Below, one piece after another: positions 54,640 through 64,000 of a stretch of 64,000 nt of DNA (the first letter of the stretch is position 1; each line of letters begins with the position of its first letter). The notes under the pieces are model-generated. The model did no database searches and was not told where the DNA came from. It saw nothing but the letters and a program-made list of their open reading frames with translations. The stretch is from NCBI GenBank assembly GCA_946965045.2, contig OX337236.1, positions 2,976,001 to 3,040,000 of the forward strand. Reading direction: 5' to 3'. This DNA is from Epithemia pelagica (lineage: Eukaryota; Protista; Bacillariophyta). Both the position numbers and the translations under genes were made by a program.

Positions 54640-56352
54640 TTAAGTAGATTTCCTGGAAAACAAATAGCGTGGAACATGTCCTGCTTGTTTATGCATGTTG
54701 GCTTTGAAAGTAACCTTCTTGCTCGTCTTGGACTTGGCGTTAGAAAGAACACTAGTCAGGTCAGTTGCCGGGTGATTGATATCAGTCGTCATGGCTTGGT
54801 TGATAAATTGTGTAACCGGATCTGAATCATCTGGATGCTCAGGGACTACGCTAGGTGAGTCGTCATCAGATGCAACTTGGTTGGGGTCAGGATCAGGTTC
54901 CGGATCAATGTCGAGGGCATGTATTTGCACTTTCCTCGGTGTTGTTAATGAAGGTGCTTGAATCATCTTGTTATACTCAATGATCAACTTGCGATCTTCT
55001 TCAGAAAGTTTGAACCATAGGTCACGCGGTAGACTAACCTTGGACGAAGAGGATGGAGATTCAGATGTCACTTTGGTGTTGTGGACATGATACTCCATAT
55101 CATCTTGTGAGGTTATGTCAGCATCTGTATCTTGGCCATATAGTGATTCATGTTGTTTGACATGTTGACGGCGACTATGAACAGATGACTAGGTTGCTTG
55201 ATCATGGTCATAAGCTGCGTCTAGAAGGAGACGGATGTATGATTGATAGCAAAGGGATTTTGCACCGGATTTGGTGTTCACCACATTATCCAAGATCTTG
55301 ACTCGGCGGAGATCAGGTACCTTTTCTACAGCTTGCATGAGGAAGGTCATCCTGGTATGATCAGGGATGCGATCAGACAATGTCACTAGATTGTCTAGCA
55401 AACGTAGCTGCTCTTGAAAGTGTAGAAGAAATTGACGTGTTGTTCCGCGCCATGTGTCGTCAAGACGTAGATTGGAAATGTAGTTGGTTAAACGGAGGAC
55501 TTCTCGTTTTGCTAGGTCGGATTCGGTATGCAAAGAGTGTAACTTCTGCAATACGGCACGTGCATCTTCATCATGTTCATGTTCACGTACATAGGCTCGA
55601 CCTTGGTCAGTCTGAATGATACGGACAAGAACGGAGTAAGGAAATACTTGTTGCTCTTGAAAAAGTTCTTCGGCATACTCATCATCATGGGGTGGTGTGT
55701 ATTTGAAATTCAGAACGTTGGATAGGCCTTGAGCCTTAGCTGTAGTCTTGAATACACGCCAGAATGAATCGTAGTATCGTTCATCCTTGAATACCTCATA
55801 TGCAGTTGCGTCGCGCTTAGTTCCCTTTCTGAATGCTGTAAGGTCTTGTTGAGATTGGGATGCGGTAGTAACTGTGCTGACAGATTTCACGGATGACGGT
55901 GACTTCATTGGCGAGACTGGAACTTGGCTAGGTGGTCCCTTAGAAAAATCTGTGTTGATCCTCCAAGTGTTGAACTCTTTCCTCGTTAGGTTCATCCAGT
56001 CGCTATTGGATAGCTCGTCTTGAATTTCATTGGTCTTGTATATGGCCCAATAAGCCAAGAGCTTGATCTGCTGTCTTGTGGGGCCTTGTAGATCATGTGT
56101 CTGTTTGTTGACCTTGTATTGTGTCAGTTCATTCATGGATTCCTCGGTATTAGTTTGCATATACGAGATAACATGGGTAATGTTCTCAAAACCATGGTAT
56201 TTCATCCACTTCATTAAGTAGTCGGCCCTTTCCTTGGTAAAGAATTGGCAGACAGTAAATATGATGTGGTCGAATAGGTCTGTGTTCAAGACATTGTCTT
56301 GGTTATCTTCTCCCTTAGGAGTCGTAGGTGTCTTGGGTGATTGAGGATCCAT
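54640..56352 (-). pseudogene. gag: Copia-2 gag, copy B (same two in-frame stops)
   Basis: ORFs 55189-56352 and 54640-55098. Confidence 0.85.
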
Positions 56353-56380
56353 GGTGTTATTTGGTTGGTTCGATGTTTAT

Positions 56381-57451
56381 TTAATGTGCGGTGTGATGTG
56401 GTTTATTTAATGTGTGATGTGATGTGAACCCGGATGTACCACGTATGCCACGTATGTACCACGTATGTGATACCCGGATGTGTGTTGTGATGTGCGACTC
56501 CTGGAAATTTCCGTTGATTCCGACAAATTTTCGCCGAGTCTCAACAAATTTTCGCCGAATTTTCGCGATTTGACGGGAATGTGTGGCGTGTTGTGCGACC
56601 AAGGGACCCGGATGTGCGTTGAGTCTAAGTCTTGGAAAGGTTTTGAGAGGACGGGAGTTAACTATGAGTAATAAAGCTTCGGTTTCCGAATCTCCACTCT
56701 CTTCCGAATAATCAGAGTCGTTTCCAGGCTCAGATGGGGCAGCACAAGCAACAGAAGAAGGGGTATCACCTTCAGCCAAGTGGTTCTCGACCTCGGTACG
56801 CAAAGGGAAGATAGTTGCACGATGGTCCTCGATGGTATGGACCTCGTGGATGTAGGCAACGTAGTTATCTAGGCGTACAACGTTAGGAGGCAGAGGGCAA
56901 GTCGTCGCGTTCACGACGTAGATGGTATTGTAGTATCCAGTTGGGCGCTCGAAGGTTAGGAAGCGGAGGTGGACAGTACGGATGGGGTTGCCCGAGAGGG
57001 CGGCCAAGATGAGGCGACGCCTCGGAGAACGATGAAGTTGGTCGTTCAGACGGTCAATGTCTTCTTGGTCGACGATGTGGGTCACCGATTGGAACTGGCG
57101 TTCGATCTGGGTCTCCCCACGGATGATCTCGGGATCGAAGGTCGAAGAAGTTGGTTGACGGAAGTACTTGATATGATCAGCAATCAACCGGGTGGTACGA
57201 CGGGATCGAGAAGGGACGAGCCGACGAGGTGGACTCGGGGGCCGAAGCAACGGCGCAGGGATCGGAGCGTGAGGCTGGGTTGGAGTCTCGAATGGGTTGC
57301 TGTTGGAACTGTCGACGGAGATGTTGACCAATGTGTTGGCTGCCTTCGGCGTCGGCACCAGTTCCTGCTGCACCAGGGTATCGGGCTGCCCGGGATGCAG
57401 GTTGGCTTGATAGATCTGTCGTACAGGAGTGATAAGCTCGTTAGTATCCAT
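56381..57451 (-). CDS. Copia-2 ORF0, copy B (356 aa)
   Basis: One substitution (S to L) relative to copy A. Confidence 0.55.
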   Translation of the reverse strand: MDTNELITPVRQIYQANLHPGQPDTLVQQELVPTPKAANTLVNISVDSSNSNPFETPTQPHAPIPAPLLRPPSPPRRLVPSRSRRTTRLIADHIKYFRQPTSSTFDPEIIRGETQIERQFQSVTHIVDQEDIDRLNDQLHRSPRRRLILAALSGNPIRTVHLRFLTFERPTGYYNTIYVVNATTCPLPPNVVRLDNYVAYIHEVHTIEDHRATIFPLRTEVENHLAEGDTPSSVACAAPSEPGNDSDYSEESGDSETEALLLIVNSRPLKTFPRLRLNAHPGPLVAQHATHSRQIAKIRRKFVETRRKFVGINGNFQESHITTHIRVSHTWYIRGIRGTSGFTSHHTLNKPHHTAH

Positions 57452-57476
57452 GAAACCACAAGGAAATAAGCTTTGA

Positions 57477-57487
57477 GACTGTTAATC
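57477..57487 (-). other. Copia-2 PBS, copy B: GATTAACAGTC
   Basis: Plus strand GACTGTTAATC forms a mini anticodon arm GA-CTGTTAA-TC abutting the LTR. Confidence 0.7.
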
Positions 57488-59910
57488 TGTTACAATTCTC
57501 TTGGAATTGCAGTGGCGTTGATGCTCGGTAGAGCAGACAATCAGGTAGTCACCAACCGATACAAACCTCTCCACGGGTAAGAGAGGAAAGCAAGTCGTAG
57601 TCTATCAAAAGGATAGTCGGGACACAAAAGAGGATGTGATAAATGGTGATATTGTTAGATTGTGTGTTGATTACTACGATAGGTCTACGTGAAATGTTCG
57701 GTCCTGCCAAGGGTCATGTGTCAAAGGTTCTTGGCGGCAACAGGTTTGGAATAGTTGGAGTTGATTCATGTGATGTATATGACATGTATATGTGGACGGA
57801 TAACATATATAGGGTCAACAGCTGTTGCTTTGGATTGGCATAGTTGTTTTCAGGGCGCGCAGCTTGTTGACAATTTGGAGATTGTGGGAATGGAATTATG
57901 GTCTCGCGTGATCGTGTGTCGTGCTTGGGATACTTAGACCGTTGGGTCGGATAGATGCCGACAGCGCTCGGATGTCGCTTGGGCGCGCTCGATGATTTCG
58001 GGCGCGTACGCTTTGCAACGATCGGTCGGTCGGTGAATGATTACGAAGGGTGGGAAGTTGGGTCTTCGGCAATGGAAGATGAAGATGAGAGAAAATGAGG
58101 AAAATCGCCAATTTTTCAAAGTAACATAGCTCCGTGATATCTTCATTTCTACTGTAGAGTATCATATACGAAGTTGTTCAGAATTTCAAGATCTATAGAA
58201 CGATGAAGTCTGATCTGCATGAAATTGAATTTTGATGAAGCTATTGAAAGTCAAAGTTAAGGGAGTAGCGTATACGCTGCTCCCATATATGGGAGTAGCG
58301 TATACGCTACTCGCTTACGAATGGCGTTAAGGGATAGGTATTGTACTCGTAGGAGTATAGGTATACATCATATCCCTCCGACTAGGTGTCCGCTTCTTAG
58401 CTCGTCTGTTTGGGCAAGACAAACCCAATCTCACAGACAAAAAAATCAATTGGAAATTTCTAAAAAAATGCTTTTTTCCAATTTGACCTACTGGAAACAC
58501 GCCAGCCATCCCTTTCACATACCCTGCTCCAACTGTCAACTGTCATGTCATGGTCCGTCTTCCCCATTCTTGATTGTCGTCCCAAATTTCGACCCACATT
58601 ATTATTTTCACCATTCCCCATTCCCCATGAATGACCGATGTCAATGTCAATTCTCCTTTTGTTATGGACAATGGACATGTACCATCACAATCCATTCTCC
58701 ATCATTTGCATACCATAGACATTCGACAGATAGGCCATAGATAGAGTTTGGCCGTGCCCCCATCCTTTCTTTGTTTTTAGGAGTAGTGTTGTTGTTGCTA
58801 GTGTTTGTATCCATTTGACATCCACAACACCATGCTTTAGGCTTGTCTCTTTGTATCCACTTGACCTACTCGTGTGTTTCAGAATCATTCTCTTCCTTCT
58901 TGTGCTATGGAGCATGTTGTAGAGTCCCCTGTACTGCTTGGAAAGACAAGTCATGCTCCTGGCAACAGAAAAAGTACAAGAGGAGCAGGTCGACATCACA
59001 AGCCACTAAAGACTCAAACTGAGCGACAGATGAAAAATGGAAGGCTTCCTCACCTAGTCCTATCTATTTGTGTAGTACAAGAATCCTACAAATGATGTCG
59101 GTTGCCACCTATGGCATCGACCAAAAATGGATGTTTATATGGCACAAACACGTGACACACTATTCACTATGGCAAAGGCGTGAGAACCTTAAACTCGGCA
59201 TTGCCCATTACAATGCAAGTATTAGACATTCTCCAGAACTTACCATCGTGGATGTGCGACAAACATGAGATGCGCAGGGCCCAGGGACGAAGTATGAGGC
59301 CGGTTTTGGTGTTGGTTTGGTCATTGCGTTATTTTGTTGCGTCCTGCATCGATTTTGTGGCCTCTGAACAACATAATTTTTAGTCTTGTTGAGCAGAACG
59401 CCGGCCATCTATCAACTGCCAAATCACGCCAGCCTTTCCAGACGGAAGTGATCATTTTTGCTGGCGGAGTTGGAGTTTTTGGTGAGCAGGACAGACGATG
59501 ATAGAGTTGACAGGCAGACGAGCTAAGAAGCGGACACATAGTCGAATCGGCTGTTGGCACGAATTTTTCGCCTGTGAGACAACGCGGTAGAACAAAATCT
59601 CTGATATTGTAGCGTCATTGCTGATGGGCAATGGAAACATATTCGTAGGATTGTAATGGGACATTTGTCATCCATGAAATGATGAGACACCATGGTAAAA
59701 GAGGCATGATGAGAGGTGGTTGGGACGAGAAAGGGTACCCACGGCGGATTTGTGTGTGTATGCTTACCCACGACCGAATAATCGCCAAAACTCCGTATCG
59801 ACTCAATGGGCCATTCACATGATGTCGTCGCGGAAACCTCTCACATTCAATACGATAGACGAACGATCGTTTGACGTCTGTCTTTCAAATAATATAGAGC
59901 CAACCATACC

Positions 59911-62826
59911 ATGACGAGCAGTGATGAGCCTCTGTCCGACGATGAAATCGTTCAAGAGAACAAACAAGCTGAAATCAGTGAAGGTGACCTGAACGACGAA
60001 GGCAGCCAAAGATCAAGACAAGACGAGCAGTGCTTCACAGATGACAGAGGACTGGCAATACAAAGAAAACAAAGAAGTGAAAGCAAATCGTGGAGCCAAC
60101 AATGGAGTCGAACGATTCGGGAACAGGTTCATCGCCCCATTTTGCGGGCAATCCACCAAATGACAAAAGCTGTGGTGAAATATCCAAAGTCTACCTTGAC
60201 TCTTATTGCATGCTTATCGATCCTCTTGTTCTGTGTTGGTCTGGCGACAAACTTTACGCTCGTTGTAGATGAACACGAGTTGTGGACTCCATTCGATTCG
60301 CTTGCCACGCAAACACAGACATTGGATTAAACATGATTCGAACTTCCCCAAGGACTACTTGGAGTTTGTCATGTTTTTTCATAGTGACGGCCAGGACGTC
60401 TTGGGACTAGATCAAGTTGCGAAAGTCTTTGAGGCCGTGGATGTAGTCCGTGGAGTTGACAAGTACGATGAAATGTGTGCTGACAGTCTTCATGTTGATC
60501 TTGTCACCAATCAGACGACATGTCCCATTTCCGGAATTGTTCAGTTTTGGAGTTCAGATTACAACCTTATGCGGCAACAAGTGTCTTCCGACGAAGAAGT
60601 TATAGAAGCCATGTCCGCGTCCAGTTTTCCCGATGGTATACCAGTCAATTAAGATCTAGTCTTTGGTAAGACTGAACGCGAAAACGACGGCTTTTTAGCT
60701 CTCAACTTGTTGACATTTTGCCAAGGGTATATGCTTGTCATTGGATTCCCCGATACGAAGGTTGCAGAGTCAGTCGAAGATCAGGCTCTCGACGTCATAT
60801 TAAGTCTTCGGCAGCAATGGGACAAAGATCCTGACAACCCTCTTCGCCTCGAAGTATGGGCCCATGGGTCATTTGCAGACGAGTAAGGGCCATGTACTGA
60901 CTTTTCTCCTCTCACTCTGCTTTCTCGTCGCGTCAACCTCACCTAACTTGAATAATTCGACTTCTTTTTTCAGATTCGAACGAGCGATCGTTGAAGACAT
61001 CCCCTTTGTTCCCATCGTCTTTCTGATAATGACAATTTTCACGTCCGCGATTTTATGCTTTGGACAAAACAAGTTTCAATGGCGATGTTTGGTTGGTCTT
61101 GGTGGGGTTGTCGCAGTTCTCTTGAGTCTCTTTTCGGGATACGGCCTCTTGTTTATCATTGGAACACCCTTCACCTTCATCACTCAACTATTGACATTTG
61201 TGATTTTTGGGATTGGTCTTGATGATGCGATTATCATTTTTGGATTGTATTGCCGAACCAATGCCAACACGTCTATTGAGACACGGATTGCCGATGTAAT
61301 CGAAGACGTGGGAATATCCATCACGTTGACATCAATAACTTCGTCAGTGGCATTTGGTTTGGGATGCATGTCGAGTATCCCGGTAGTCCACTGGCTGTGT
61401 CTTTACGCATTTCCGACCGTGATCTTTGTTTATCTCTATCAGCTGACATTTTTCATCGCTTGCATTGTATTGCACAATCATCGTGTACAAGCAAGGAAGA
61501 ACAATGATCACTCGACTTCTGATGTTGCTCCTAGTGGCATGTCGACAACTGAGGGTGCTTTTGAAGTACGAAATGAACCCAAAGGGGATGGCGGCGCATT
61601 CGACAAATTCATGATTGACTATGCCAAGATTCTGTTGAAGCCCGTCGTCCGTGTAGGCGTTGTTGTTGTCTTCCTAACTTTGGCAGTGGTGTGTGCCATA
61701 AGCGCATCTAACCTGTCTCAGGAGTTTGAGGTGACGGATATCCTTCCAGATGACTCTTATGTTGCTGCCTTGCTTCGGGTGTACGATGAGTACGCCATAA
61801 ATACAAGGATTAATGCCTTTGCCTACTTTCGAGACGTCGACCAATCCAATAAAACTATCCAGGATCACATGGAATCATACGTGGATGATCTCGTTGAAAT
61901 GGAGGCTATTGAAGACCAACCCCAGTTCTTCTGGCTTCGCGACTTTCAACTTTTTGTGAAACTGAGCAATGAAACTGTGAGCAAGCTGCCATTTAACGAT
62001 CAATTGGATCTTTTCTTGTCGGATCCTGTTTACAACTACCTCTACCAATATCACATTGTACGTGATGACGACGGAAATATTACTGCTTCGCGTGTTGAGT
62101 TTTACTTTAACAACATAGATGTCGAAGACGTCTCCGAGCAGATAGACACTCTTTTGGAACAACGGGATCTTACTGCCCGACAAACGGTCAATGTTGATTC
62201 AGCGAGATTGAGCTTTTTCAACTACGAGGAATCCTACGATATTATTGAGTTCTTCCACCGAACGAGACAATAGCTGATTCTTACCAGTATCATCGGTGTT
62301 ACAGCGGTGTCTGGTTTGGCGATTCTATTCATTCCACACTGGACTGCTGTATTTTTTTGTCTTGCCTGTGATATGTCTTCTCTACGTGGATCTTTTGGGG
62401 GTGCTTCAATGGGCCAATGTTGATGTGAATGCCGTGACCTACGTCAGTGTCGTTATGGCGATTGGTTTGTACGTTGATTTTATCATGCACGTCCTTCCTC
62501 GATACTACGAATGCGACGGAAACCGGAAAGACAAGACCGTCGAAATGCTCCGGACGATGGGATCATCTGTTCTTGCAGGTGGAATCTCTACATTTCTGGT
62601 GATCTTACCGTTGGCGCTATCTACGAGCGCTGTGTTTTATACGGTCTTCATAGCCTTTGTCAGCTTGGTCACCCTAGGAACAGGTCATGGTTTGATTCTC
62701 ATCCCCGCCTTGTTGGCGACGGTCGGTCCGGAGGATAGAAATAGCTTTACAAGAGAGCAACAACCCAAATGCTGTGATGGTGTTAGCCAGCTATCCGACA
62801 CATCTTCGCCAAACAATGACATGTGA
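59911..62826 (+). pseudogene. NPC1/Patched-family pseudogene, copy B
   Basis: Same frameshifts and stops as copy A, plus six amino-acid differences seen. Confidence 0.88.
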
Positions 62827-63130
62827 TAAAGCCATCGGAAAACAAGTGAACATCGGAACGTTCTATCTGAGCATGATTAAGATAGACTGATAGTTGCTCC
62901 TGTCATCAATCTCGCAGGTGACAGTCTTGCGGATGTATTTGTTTCATTTGATGACGAGATAGCCGAGTATCAATAGACCCAACAAGCGGTTGATCTGTAG
63001 TAGACTAAGAGCCACAAAACCGCTGACCAGGTAGACAGACTGTATGATTCACAATATCTCACAATGTGTCCCTGATTATAATGTTTCTACATAAGTTCTA
63101 CCCTGCATCCTCTTGAAACATTGAAACCTT

Positions 63131-63903
63131 TTGAAAGGTCTATTGAGGTATACAAGAAGTTGTGCCTTCTCGGACTTGGACTTTCGTCGCGGCGCTCAAC
63201 AATATAGGAGATCGGAGGACTACTGCGACTTGGCACTGGTCCATGTCGTCTGTATTCGGTTCTCACACAATGTTCGTCATGTATGGCCTTCTTGTTGCGA
63301 TTGGTGTTGTTGTTGTTGGTTTGGTGCTCTCGTCATGTCGTTGTTTCACCAGTGGTAGAAGCCTTTGTCACTATTGGGAACCCGGCCTGAAATCCTATGC
63401 CATTGGACGAATGGATAAACCCACACACTTGTTTTTGGGATCGCTCCAGTATCCAGCCGGGGAAGTCTCGGACATTCCGAAACATGACGATCCGAATCAG
63501 TAAAAGGAAGAATAAGGATCTACAGCCCGTGTAGAGATTTTTTATTTCCAGTGTTGTTATGTGACATGTGACACCTACCTACATACGAGTACCAGTGAAG
63601 GAGGAAGAAGGATGGTGTTTTTACATCATGTGGAAGAGACTCCCTACAAGTGGTACGAATCAGCAGAATAGACAATATGCATAGTAATAGACGTGGTGGA
63701 GTGAATAAAGTGTGGTGGTGGTACCCCAGACGGCACTGGTTGGATTGTGTGTGTTCCCAAGAATTGTTGTCGTCGTTGTCATGGTCGTCATTGGATTTTT
63801 TTTATGCCATTTGGAACAGAGTCGTGCACTAGAGCTTTTTTCACACTTGTTTTTGGGACGCCTGGCCCATCCGCCGGGAGAGAAAACGGATATTCCCAAA
63901 TAA
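63131..63903 (+). other. Copy B of the tandem HLF.G.L..P.GE module region
   Basis: ORFs 63162-63503 and 63712-63903. Confidence 0.5.
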
Positions 63904-64000
63904 TACTAGGTAGTCCATGGCATTCCAGGGCCGCCGGTTGTCTGTGGAGGCGGCACATGGTATGGCGGGGCAGCCGTGTGGCGAAATTCCATTGGGCCTC

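Larger units (their letters stand above)
49887..58015 (-). mobile_element. Copia-2, copy B; 5' LTR truncated by a deletion
   Basis: 3' LTR 49887-50670; 5' LTR remnant 57488-58015; left TSD GCCTC at 49882-49886, right TSD deleted. Confidence 0.96.
46070..58326 (-). mobile_element. piggyBac-like transposon, copy B
   Basis: TTAA at 46066-46069 and 58327-58330; same TIRs as copy A. Confidence 0.8.
42123..64000. repeat. Segmental duplication, copy B
   Basis: Collinear with 1-22817; position 64000 corresponds to 22817. Confidence 0.98.

Overview
Eukaryotic DNA (spliceosomal GT/GC-AG introns, microsatellites), most likely a diatom judging by CoDi-type Copia polyproteins and the NPC1-like gene (inference). 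The window is dominated by decayed, nested transposons and a near-identical duplication: 1-22817 recurs at 42123-64000 (about 99.9% identical by eye, with a 938-bp deletion in the second copy). The duplicated unit holds a truncated Copia fragment (Copia-1), then a TTAA-flanked piggyBac-like element carrying a P2X7-ballast-like passenger ORF. A complete 8.4-kb Copia (Copia-2; 784/782-bp LTRs, GCCTC TSD) sits inside the piggyBac transposase gene, and an NPC1/Patched-family pseudogene follows. The unique middle part holds a third Copia (Copia-3) with atypical ends, a five-exon Crypton-type tyrosine recombinase spliced in frame to a poly-Asn prion-like domain, an LRR-like fragment, and two Cys-rich secreted/surface protein genes. 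Most notable: (1) a primer-binding site complementary to a tRNA-Asn anticodon arm (half-tRNA priming), (2) the recombinase/prion-like fusion, (3) chromodomain-like inserts in two Copia polyproteins, (4) the hairpin-terminated Copia-3 end, (5) the piggyBac passenger gene. No prokaryotic features, CRISPR arrays, rRNA or tRNA genes were seen.
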